DNA of 64,000 nt from Acanthaster planci (lineage: Eukaryota), in assembly GCF_001949145.1 (NCBI RefSeq), contig NW_019091361.1, positions 3,311,854 to 3,375,853 of the forward strand, given 5' to 3'. Position 1 is the stretch's first letter; each line of letters begins with the position of its first letter. A program made the position numbers and the translations under genes. The notes under the pieces are model-generated. The model made no database searches. It saw only the letters and a program-made list of their open reading frames with translations, and was not told the origin of the DNA. This document shows positions 42,791 through 55,099 of this stretch, piece after piece.

Positions 42791-45700
42791 ATTAGCCCCC
42801 TGAAGTTGGATTACCTTCTTTTTTTATNNNNNNNNNNNNNNNNNNNNNNNNNNNNNNNNNNNNNNNNNNNNNNNNNNNNNNNNNNNNNNNNNNNNNNNNN
42901 NNNNNNNNNNNNNNNNNNNNNNNNNNNNNNNNNNNNNNNNNNNNNNNNNNNNNNNNNNNNNNNNNNNNNNNNNNNNNNNNNNNNNNNNNNNNNNNNNNNN
43001 NNNNNNNNNNNNNNNNNNNNNNNNNNNNNNNNNNNNNNNNNNNNNNNNNNNNNNNNNNNNNNNNNNNNNNNNNNNNNNNNNNNNNNNNNNNNNNNNNNNN
43101 NNNNNNNNNNNNNNNNNNNNNNNNNNNNNNNNNNNNNNNNNNNNNNNNNNNNNNNNNNNNNNNNNNNNNNNNNNNNNNNNNNNNNNNNNNNNNNNNNNNN
43201 NNNNNNNNNNNNNNNNNNNNNNNNNNNNNNNNNNNNNNNNNNNNNNNNNNNNNNNNNNNNNNNNNNNNNNNNNNNNNNNNNNNNNNNNNNNNNNNNNNNN
43301 NNNNNNNNNNNNNNNNNNNNNNNNNNNNNNNNNNNNNNNNNNNNNNNNNNNNNNNNNNNNNNNNNNNNNNNNNNNNNNNNNNNNNNNNNNNNNNNNNNNN
43401 NNNNNNNNNNNNNNNNNNNNNNNNNNNNNNNNNNNNNNNNNNNNNNNNNNNNNNNNNNNNNNNNNNNNNNNNNNNNNNNNNNNNNNNNNNNNNNNNNNNN
43501 NNNNNGTGTACAATCACTGCTTTGTATCTAACATGGATTATTCCCGCCAATGATTTGTGGAAGAAAATAATACTTAAAACTGCAATAACGTGGCATTCTC
43601 AAATATATTTCTACATGTATAAACTCAAATTGATAAACACATTAGAATTAATGGTATGTGGAGCAGGATGATTCCAATTTAAAACTTCATATTCCTTCTA
43701 TCTGTTTCACCTTTTCAAGCTTTTGAGGTGAGAATAAACACGTTTAATCTGCAGCAAGTCCAAAATGCAAGTTCTTTTGTATTTGTATTCAATTGTGTCT
43801 GAGCGTTAAGTCATGTACCAGTAATAGCACAAAACCTTGCCACCAAATCATAGCTGTGGTCTGAAGACACAGCAGTAGGGAAGAGACCTTAAGTGCATTT
43901 AGTAATTGCTCTTCAATAAAATGAAATTAATTTATTCAACAATTTTAACAAGAAATCTTTTGGCAAATCGACACATTCAAAATGTACACCTGTACACATC
44001 ATTACTTCATTATCTTATAATCTTGCAGGTCGCATTTTTATAAAAATGAATAAAAGAAAACAAAGCAAAAAAAACTTAAATGTCATACTAACTGTAAGAG
44101 GTGCATGAAGAACGCAACTGTTTTTTCGTAATGATCATACCTTTAGGCATGAAGAATTGATTTTTTTTTTTGGAAGTACCATACAAACGAATAAAAGAAG
44201 GAAAAACCTTGATCGCTGAGGAAAAATGGAGTTTAATTCGGATAACTATAATTAAAAGAGTCCAATTTGGATTTGGGAAAGTTTCTTTAAAATGGCACTT
44301 GTGGTGAAAAGGTAACTTTGTTGTGGAGTAATGCTGAAAATAGCCAACTAGAAAATTAAAGATAAGACCGTATAAATGTCAAGGATAAGGAAGTTGGTCA
44401 AAAGTATGTGACACACCTGACTCAGAGTTTTTAAAAAGATTAGATGAACAGAGAAGGGAAAACACTGAAACCATTGTCACTACATGAACTAGTATACAAT
44501 AACACTTTGCTGCCTCATCAGGCCTGTTGTTAAGAGAGAGCCCAGAGACTGGTGAGCAGCTACCCCTTTCCCATCACAGCAAAATTAGTAAGTGCTCTTG
44601 TAATGTGCAGGTACTGTAAACCTACCCCCATGCCTTAAGATAGTGATGGGATGGTCACTAGATGTTCAACAAATTTAATAAATACACTGTCTCTTTTTAC
44701 TCTAGTGATGGAGTAAAATTAAACTAATCAGAACAGGTCCAGTGCAAGTGGACCATTTCATTTAGCCCAGTTTTCCTTCTCACGTTATCACCGAGCACTA
44801 TGGCAAATTTGTCAAACAACGGAACACTCTTCTTCCATCAAGAGTGGCCAGACCTCATGGGAATAGAACTTATCACGACTGATTCTTCCATAGAATACTC
44901 TTTATATGTACTAAATCTATTAAGTATTTTAGGCATACGACTGGACCGATTATAAACATTGGTGTTGGCAGCCACTGGTGGGGCTAGTGTTTAACTCTGA
45001 TCAGTTTACACATACCAGGTGAATGGTTGGCAGGCATTCCAAGGATATATAGATGGTCAAAATGGACATCATCTTACACATTATGTGACATATTTGTATT
45101 TTAGGTTTATTACAGATTTCCTGGAAGTATCAGTCTTCAAAGCAAAACGTGTGACATTTTACCAGCAGAGTTTATCAACTTAGAAATTGTTAACACTCAA
45201 CCCATTTTTGTTTGTTTCATGATGGCATGGTCACATTTCAAAGAAACTATATTGACAGTCATTTACATGATAAATCAGAATTCTGATGGTTTTTCTGCTG
45301 ATATACAATTGTCACCATTGGATCCTACAGGCCTCAAATATACCTAAGAGTAAACCCCCTGTAAAAAAAATGGCCTTCACTTTTTACTCACTTTAATCCC
45401 ATTTAACAGGGCAAATATGCACACATGGTCCCTCGAATGCAGGTTCATCGATCCTCAGTGTCTGTGTACGTGATGTCCAGACAGCTCCCCCCCAATGTTC
45501 ATCTTGTAGGACCTACAGCGCCCTCTAGTGTGAAGTCCCCCCCCGTATACCTGGGATGGCATATACCACCACCCCCCATGTATTTGGGTTTATCAAAAGC
45601 GCCCTCTGGAGTAATTTCCAGCATTGATCCCCATTAAATGACCAGGTAACAGTGCCCTCTACTTCAAAGTGATTTCAAACCCTGGAACATCATTTGAATT

Positions 45701-47608
45701 CATCATCTGTCCCCCCCAGGCATTTCAACCCCTATTTTGGAAAAGCACCTGCGGTGAAATGTGGTATCCAAATCCCCCAGCTCCCCCCCAAAGACTGAAA
45801 TCACCACTCCAAACACACACATACATATGGTCATTTAAAGTGCCCTCTAGTTTAATTTGATGTCCAGCCCTAGCACCTCCCCCACTTGAATTCATCATGT
45901 CCAACCCCACCCCCATCCACCCCAGCTGACCTCAGTGGGTGTTGGGCGGTGTAATTCCCCCTACCCCGTTTTTTGGCTTTAGGAACAATGCCCCCATATG
46001 GCATCATTTTATTACGGACATGAACATATCCCTCCACTCGTTGACACCTTGGAATAAGCCATAACCCCCCCCGGTAATCATTCCCTTCCACTTTTTGCCT
46101 TTTTCATTAATGCCCCCCAGGTAATGCAGTCTACGCCCAACTGACATTCCACTTACATTATTTCTTCACACAATATAAATCTTTAATTTACTAATTACCT
46201 TCAACTGTAATGCACATGTATATTCCAAAACAAAATAATCTAAATTCACCATCCACGCCAAAAACATTTTAAGAAAATACAACTTTGAGAAATCCTAAAG
46301 ACCAAAAAAACCCAAGCCAACACAATACTCTCCCATGCGGATATTCAGAAAAATTTAAACATGTACAATCGAATATGGTCTGTTTTCTCCACACATTACA
46401 GTATTACTGTCACTACCAGTGGCACGTAAAAAAAGAACAAAAAATTCACTACATGTAAGTCTTCCAAAAACTCATGCACATAGCACAACATGATGAAACA
46501 AAATCACTGATATGGGTCTTTCCAAATGTGGTAAATTTTAACTTCCTTGATTTTGAATTTCAAAAGTGGCCAAAGTGTGATGTGAAGAAACACGGGAAAT
46601 GAAGAGCTCCTTCCAAAAATAAAAGTTTCCATCTGGAAACACGAAATAGTAAGGTGATAAGAAACATTTCTTCTGGGACTCTGTAAAACTAAAGTCTAAA
46701 CTTTGTACACAGTAAAAGCATTTGCTCAAAAAATAAAACATCTTTGACAAAAGCAATTGCAATTAATTAAAAAAGGTAAAAATACTTAAATGCATAACCT
46801 TAAAGTATGAGAGATGTACATAAATGCTCTGTAAAAAAAAAGATGAGAAATCTAAAAATGAGCATAGGTTAAGATTAATACTCTATTGTATGCTGAACTC
46901 GAGGTTAACAAAAATGCATCATCTCATTTTGAGTAGTTAATTGAGAAAAAAATGAGCTTATAAGTTTGTGGTGGCTCAATGTATTTTAGCACCAAAACAA
47001 ATTACAGGAGAACTCCACATTATCACAAGGTATTTGAAGATGTAAATTATTCATTAGTAAGTTGGGCTTTGGTGATCAATGTCAAAAGAACTTTGAAGCG
47101 ATCAATGAAATCAAAAATATGCTTTTCCTTGAAATGATGTTCCATGCATATAATCCTGTCAAGACATTATGTGCTTAATTAAATAGGTTTAAGCAACTTA
47201 CAACTGAGTTCAAAACTGTTTTTATTCATTACAATATGCAAGCGAGCGCTCTATGACAAACTTTAATGAGGTATGATATCATCATCTCTTTTACATATAA
47301 CCAATGGCAGTGTGCTGCGGTTTCAGAAATTATGAATAACCATTAAACAACCACGTGCTGACCTAATAATTTGACCCACAAATTATGCAAATGTTTATCA
47401 ATCGTCGACGCATCTGCATCGACGCTGCGCCTAGCTCAACGCGTGATCGATGTGAGCTAGAGCTTAAGCTAGGCACAGCTTACGCATGGCGGTTCATCCA
47501 CACGACACGCTGCAGCTGCGGCTGTACTACTGGCGGGCAGTGTGGCCAGCCTGGCCTGCCTGGCGGCCGCGATGCATGTACATTGTACATGTACACGATA
47601 TGATTAAC

Positions 47609-49182
47609 ATGCAGGCAAAGCCTGGGCCCAGATCTCGGCCGAAGAGAAAGAGTGTAGAGAAAGCTGCAGGCTTTTACAAATCTTTGTCAGAATTTCCATA
47701 AATTGAAACACCTCTTCAATGGAATCCTAATGCTGCTTTTGATGTTGAGGTATGATTCAGTTGGGCCTGTTCCCCCTAATTCTTTTGTAATTTTCCCGGC
47801 TAATTTAATTTTATCTGGACAATTTTGGCACAGCATAATTGATCACTGCACGTGCACGTAGTTGGATGATACCATATTGTTTTTACGACGGGGTTTATTT
47901 GCATTGCACATTTTTTAACCTTCTTTCTTAAATAATGGCGAAAAGTGGGACTTTCTTCTGTAAAGAAAAATGTCAGAAGGTGTTCGATGGAGGTCTTCCT
48001 TGATTAGTTGGGACGTTGATACCTGCATTCCGACCAGATATTTAAAGATTAGTGGGCCTTAATGGGATCGTCTGTGGGCCCAAACCGGGCTATGCCTACA
48101 GCATAGCTGCATGGCCATAGATGCCTGTTACAATGTAAATTAATTTGTACCATTTTGTCACATTCCCTAGGCCTGTTAAAAGGGCCAACTGCGGGAGTTT
48201 TTCAGTACCAAAAAGGCCTTTCCTGGTTAATCCATATTGAAGAGCTACTTCTGATGGCATGAGGTTGGAAAAGAAATGCCATGATGGATGATCAGTTATT
48301 TTATAGTGTGAATGTAATTCGCAAGAACACTGGTTAAAAACCTATAAATAGGCCTATATATTTCAATATTACTTTTACTTTTGAATTTCATTTTTGTTTG
48401 ATTTCTCCCGAGCACTAGTTCATTACATTGGTTGGGCCGCAAATGGGACCAGTGGATACAAAAAGTGAGATTTACAGCTCAAATTAAACCAAGCTATACT
48501 AGGTTAAAACAAGATAGAGTATGATTTGTCTAAAACTTTACTATTAAATTTATTATCACGTGCATTGTGCAGAAAATATAAAATGCATGTATACGACAGA
48601 ACTCTTGCAAAGTACATTTTTCTTGAGAGCTTGAGTTAAGAAATGGAATATATATCGTGTTTGCAGAAAAAGTCAGGTTTCTATGGCTTGATTGCAATAG
48701 GATTATGCAGAGTGACATATGCAAATTTTTTTGTGGTCTTCAATTTCAGACAGCCATCATCACCAAGAAGAATTTACCGACTGAAGTTGGTTCAGCAGAT
48801 CATTTGAAGGCAGCATTCAGACTTGCTGTAAAAGGAAAACTGATGTTTGGTATCAGCAAAAGTCCAGAGTGTGTGATACGCATTTCTGTTGATCCTGAGG
48901 TTTTTGACGAGGTGTTTGCCACATGCACCAAGGACAGACTGTCAGTGGACGAATTCAGTTTTGGGGCCCAACTGGAAGTCAGGCATCGTAAATAGGGATG
49001 GAGATTTTGCCTATGTAAAAGACACTGGCATGTGCTTAAAGCTGGTAAAGGCAAGGCCTTTAATAGAGTATGTAGAGAATAATGCCATCCTTGAAGAACA
49101 ACATCTAGAAAGAGGAGACTTGTTAATTTTTAGGTTCATCAGATCATATGGTACATGCCAAGAATGGCAACAAAGACACTAG
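47609..49182 (+). pseudogene. Degenerate spliced ORF of unknown function immediately upstream of the transposase
   Basis: Exon-like blocks: 47609-47749 (ATG to GAG|GTATGA), one from 48171 (CCCTAG| acceptor), and 48750-49182 (TTTCAG|TAIITKKNLPTEV...CVIRISVDPEVFDEVF, frameshift, WKSGIVNRDGDFAYVKDTG...LIEY...LLIFRFIRSYGT). Internal stops and frameshifts are present. Confidence 0.5.
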
Positions 49183-49349
49183 CAGGTCTTTATAGGACAA
49201 CAAAGTAACTCACCCAAATAAACCTTCAGCAGTCTTAATTTTTGTCAACTTGGTACCTGCATGTTGAGATTTTCATGTCTCTATGTACTATGAGTTTAAG
49301 TGTTATATAGGCCTAAACAAGCATTTGACTTTTACATGAAGGCACACGA

Positions 49350-51540
49350 TGGCTTACTTCTTTTTGGATGTGGACTTAGCTTTTGTTACCGATGTTCTGA
49401 AATAAAATTTGGGAAAATCTATGAGTGAGGCCACATCAGTCTCGTTTCATGCCATATGCCAACATCACTCAATTGACATCATCTTCACTCCCCGTTTAGA
49501 AAGTGTCATGAAGGCATACTTGTACAAACCAAATGGATTTGTATCTCAGGTTAAAAAGTCAAAACGGGAAGGCAAAGAGGGGTCACTGTTTTCTGATTGG
49601 CTTGATAAAGCACAATTCTGGAAAATGAAGATATTACATTTAGAATGTCCCAAAAAAGGTCTACTCGACAATATCAGCATTGAAAAAGGGAAAGTGGACG
49701 AATGGCTAGCCTGAAACAAACAATGAAAAAAGTAGCGAAAAGGAACAAAGAACTTAGATTGCTTTGGGACAAATATAGAACCTGTGCCAAGCGTCTCTCC
49801 ATGCTGTTGAGAAATAAACAGGCAGACAATCAGCATGGAAAAACAAAGATCATTATTCCAAACAACATGCAATGAGACTCCACAAAAATGTTAAAGAGGA
49901 GTGCCAAGCCAGATTGCATTTTCTTGAGTCATGGGGGATTCAAGTGAGGCATATATAACTGTGAGAGACGCAAGAAGGGGGCAAGTTCAAAATACATCTC
50001 TGATACAGAGGAAGTGTAATATTTCAAGTGCAATGGAGAGGAATTGTTACAAAGAGTCTATCTTACTATTTCAGTGAAAGATGCTCATGGCATATCTGAT
50101 GGGACATGGAACTCACTTGCATAAGCAATCTTCCAAACCTTACACAGGTTAAAAGCCAAATGCCTCAAAGTGAGATTGATATCCCTTTGTCAAAAACAGC
50201 TCATCGAAGCCAAGAGTTCAAAGAGATATAAAAGTGCTGCTGAAGAAAGAAATAGAGCATCTTGTAAGTAAGGGGGGTGCTTGGGAAAGGAAAACAAAAT
50301 GTAGATGTAAAGATCACTGCCGATGGCACAGTACTAGGTCACTGGCATTATGTGAATATCACTTGCACAATATTAAACGACGAAGTTAATGGAACTTCTG
50401 CAAGTGCGCATCACCCCATAGCAATCCTTTGTGATGAGGAAAAATACAGTCAGTTGAAAGAACACTTAGTGGACATAGTGCAAGATAGCATGTTTCATAA
50501 GTGCAGTAATTGATGATGTGGAGTACTTCATTCGGTACTATTTGTCAGGGGATTACAAGTTTCTTTTGACCATTTGTGGCATGGGAGCATCTAACTCATG
50601 GCACCCTTGTATCTATTGCTTGCTTGATAGGCCTAGTTCACATTTACACGTTGCTACGCCAAGATCTCAACCACAGACAATTGGCAAAAAAGGTTACTCT
50701 TGCAAAAGGGATCCCATTTTCAAGTCCATACCAAGTGAGCATGTAGCCTATGATACTTTACACATGTACCTCGGAATCACTGACAGGCTGCTGAAGAAAA
50801 TTATGCAAATGACCAATGAGCTTGACATGCAAGAAATGGGAACAGTTTGCAGTTCCTATGATCCAGATAAAATGAAAAGATGTGCCAAAATGGAAGGTAC
50901 ACTGGAAAGAGCAGGTGTACGTGGCTCCCTTCTTAATTTGACAAGGATACAAAAATGGTCACTTGTCTGGATCTAAGAGGGCCTGAAAAACAGAAAGTGG
51001 AGAAATACTTGGATGACATCAAGAAGCTTGTTGAGTGTCAAGCTTATGGATCTGCAGTAGTGAATGCAAAGCGTAAGTTCAGGGTACTTTATGACAATGT
51101 ACGATCCTTCAACAAGGTGAATGCCATGTCACCTGACAGATCTGCCCAGTTAGAAAAGTTGGGAAGTGACTTGGTGGAGTGGTATGAGAATCTAGTTTCT
51201 GTTTGCACTGCAAAGATAGCAACCCCATAAGCATCCGTTCGTAGTTCATACAGCTGACCTCATCGAGAGACTGGGCTCCATTCACCTTTTCAATGCACAG
51301 GGTTTAGAAAAATTAAATGACTTGACAACAACAGAGTATTACAAAGGTACCAACCACCGCAAAGGGGTAGAATCACTAACTCAGATTATGCGCAGAAGCA
51401 ACAGACGTCTCGTCTGTATGGAGCACATAAGGGCATTGAACTTCCACAGAAGCCTAAAAAGTGTGGAAAATGTGGTCAGTATGCTGGCCATAATCGTACT
51501 ACCTGCCCAAACTCAGACCAAAGTCAAAATGAACTGTAAA
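49350..51540 (+). pseudogene. Degenerate Transib/Chapaev-like (RAG1-core-related, CCHH-clan) DDE transposase
   Basis: Ordered motifs across frameshifts: VKITADGT (D at 50322), EEKYSQL, YLSGDYKFL (D at 50551), HPCIYC (CxxC 50608-50619), DTLH (50752-63), DLRGPEK, TP.HPFVVH (51232-49), NAQGLEKLND (E at 51307), and a C-terminal CGKCGQYAGHNRTTC knuckle. Confidence 0.75.
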
Positions 51541-52559
51541 TGGACACTGCATTTATCACTACATGAACTAGCAGAAAAATGTGTTTATGATGACACCTCT
51601 GAACCAATCCTGATTAATTTGTATTTATGGTGATGGTTATATGGTACAATGTGTAACAACCTACCCAATGTTGTAAGCATATGTCTGATTTCAATTGCAT
51701 AGAGATTTGTGGCTCCGGCACTACATTCTTACAAATATGGCTCAAGGGTGTAATGTTCACATAACCACAGCTGTGTTAAATTTGACTTTATCCTGTTAAA
51801 TTTTGTGCAATGTTGGATTTGATGTTCCTACTATTTCATGATGGAAGTTTGAGTTGAAAAAAACCTTACACGCAACAGTGTATCTCGGTTAAGATTGCCA
51901 TAAAACCAGTTTAAACCAGTCTTGTGTGTATCTATTTGTAGTTGTGGTGACTGCCGGAAATACAGCTCAAAAGGTTTTGATGTGGGGCTCAGAAGCCAAT
52001 GTTTTGACTGAGCGATGGGGGGGGGACAGCAGCTAAGGCAAAGGGAGAGGATGGGTTGACAGAGAGCTTTCCTTACAGCCGCGGTTTTACTTGAAAGTAC
52101 CAATTTCTTTTCTAGTAATTTTTTTAATTTTTATTTAAGAAAATGCATTCTGTTAATCAGCTGGACTGAGTATAATAAATAAAGACATTTATTTAAAATG
52201 AAAAACCATGCAGGGTGAGAGATTTAAACCTGTGGTCTGAATTTTTAAATCAAACTTCTATGAATGACCAAGTGAAATGTTTGTGTAAATTGTTTGTGAA
52301 GACAAAAATAAACATTTCATTCTCGAACATCTTCAAATGCTAAACTTGAAGTCTACGTGCACATAATGCACAACACACATGCCACCTTGTGAGTCCAGCA
52401 CGCTTCCTTTATGCATTAACACATCAAACTATCAAACCCGATGGGATGATAAACCAGACACTTCAATGTTAATTGCAGCAACATGCGCTGACTGGTATTC
52501 ATACCGTGACACCACAAACCAGTTCTGCCCATTATTTACAAACACTGATCATGACTATA

Positions 52560-52790
52560 CTCACAGCATTTACTGTACTGTTTCATGTGCATACTGTACA
52601 TGTTTAGGCCTACTGTACATGTACATCCATGTCCACGTACGTCCAAGCATGGTGCATGTGTACCTGTACGTGCAGGCTTACATGTACATGTCATGTACAT
52701 GTTTCTGTACACATCACATGTACTTTTTACTTACTGTACATGTACTAGCTGCGGGCCACGCATGCATGTGCTGTACAGTGCATAAATGTC
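52560..52790. repeat. Low-complexity (TACATG)n-like array
   Basis: Dense TGTACATGTACA variants. Similar short runs occur at 47575-47595 and 60725-60765. Confidence 0.7.
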
Positions 52791-55099
52791 CGCAGGACCC
52801 GTCCTCATGAAAAAGAAGTTGAAAAGTTATTATGGACTAAACTATTTAAACTATTGAATCCAATTTCAATGAAGAATGGACTATAAAATCCTAAGGCTGA
52901 AATGGCTGCATCAAATCCACCCTTAAAGAGGCGAATGATATTGCTGAAAAGTCGCAACAAAATCCGGGACAAGCCCCTGTGATAGATGGGAACCCCCAAA
53001 CTGTAAAATGGTATGGCTCAGCCTCTGTTTTAAACAGACAGCTAGCAGTACTAGCAATCAGCGCGCAGTACCCTAAGTTTTCACCCGGCACACAGTTGGA
53101 CATTTACAGTTGGTGATTTTGGGGGTGTGGATGTGATATTGTATAATTCTTACTAAAATCACATCTAGGGGAGTCAGCTTTCTATTTTTTTTTATATCAC
53201 ATCCAGGCCATTCAGTGTTACTGGCAAAGAATCCTTAATGATTTAAGTGATGAGACAAGTTCTGACATGGATGGCCTAAAGCCATGATGGTGCTATGTTG
53301 GTGTGGTCTCTAGAAGACAGTATGGGAGCAAGAAGAAGCTTGGATGAAGTCTGCTTAACGTGTCCTTATCAGATGCCTAACATAGACTGAAATCATTGAC
53401 GACAATTGTGGGAACTGAGAGAACACTACAATTCAGCTGAATACTGATCAAGAAATCGGTATTAAAAAAGTATTCTAAGATCAACCGTTTCAAAGACTAT
53501 CTGGGGTGTCTGCTGAATTTATCAACTGCACATATTCCCGAGATTTCAGCACAAGGAGACAATATACATGTAGAGACCCTCATTCTGGACTGACTGACCA
53601 TTTTGTTACATTTCAAGTTCCTTTAAGAAAGCGACCACTTTGAAAAGTACAACTTTCAACCCTATAAATATAACTGTAAGTTTGTTACGCGATCGACCTT
53701 ATACATGTAAGTTTGGGGACAATATTCACCGGAATGCACCTGGGTAAATTGAATATTGATGGATTGAGTGATGAAGACTTCCACCTTTACAATTCCACAA
53801 TGTGCATCTGTAACTTTTGTTACTGGTGACCATCTAATTAAGTGATGACAACTTTTTCCTCAGGAGTAAAGAATAGTGTGGTCTTTGCTTGACCTGCAGA
53901 ATTTCATGAGGATGCTTGGAAAAATGCAGGTATGCTCACGGATTTTGGCAATCTGTGAACACAACATCACCCATTCAGATCATGCAAATTCTTGCCGATA
54001 AGCCTTTTGCGAGTTAACTTTAAAATAAAACCTGATACACTGAGTTCTTTAACTCCATGTGAACATCTAGATTTAAATTCCCAAGGCTGAAGACACTGTT
54101 CCTATTGGGACCAGCTGTTGCTTAGTTACATAAGAGACACCTAGCAACAATGCACAGTTTTCAAAGGGTAAGAATTGCACAAAGGAACCAGCCCATTCTA
54201 GAGATGGTGATCGCTCTGCAAAAGCTTGTCCGAAATCATGAGGTGTAGCAACAATGTCTTAAGTCTAGGGGATTCAAATTGTTATTTCATGTGCAATTAG
54301 ACAACTCAGTGTTTCAGATTTTATTCAAATTTAACTCAAAAAAAAAGGCTTATTTCAAATATGAGCTCGACATCCAAAGTATTGCATAACTTCCTACAAT
54401 ATAAAACCATAGGGAACATATGGCATAAAATACAGTAGTGCTTACCACTTCTACTTCAAGCAGTTTTACAAAAATATTTTTCCCACAGGGACAGATCGAG
54501 GAACAAATTTTCAGAGGGTGGGGGCCAAACTTGTTTTAGGGTCTAAAAAATTGAAAATTGTTTCAAGTAAATTTCCATGGTCTTTCTGAAGGTCAATGCT
54601 ACCTTTTAGGAGTTTTTCCTTTCTTTTTTAAGGAAGGGAAATAAAACAAACCAAAAAAATAAACTTTTATTCATTCTGGGGCTCTGTTTTTCTTTTTTTG
54701 AGGGGGGTGGCCACTGGCAGCGTAAGTGGGGGGAGGGGGGACCTGCCCCCCACACTTTTTGCATGTCCTATAATGGGGTGGGGCTTAATAGATCAGCCTA
54801 ATAATGGCTGTAGCCTGATGGTCTAGCAACTGCCCCCCCCCCACTTTGAAAATCATTCCACCGCTGGTAGGGATGGTCCTTGTTGACTCCCTGGATCTGC
54901 CCTTGTTGGTCAAAACAAAACTCAACATTAAAATTCACTCTTACAATTTTCAATTTAAAAATCACAGGCTTTGCTGTCTTAACAAAAAATATTATGACTT
55001 TACATGGTCCAAGCAATGCCCCGTTTTTGTGCAACTTCTTCCTCAATGCCTTAAAAATCTTTGAAATCCTTTTATAGTAAGGTGGAATAAAAAGTGCAC

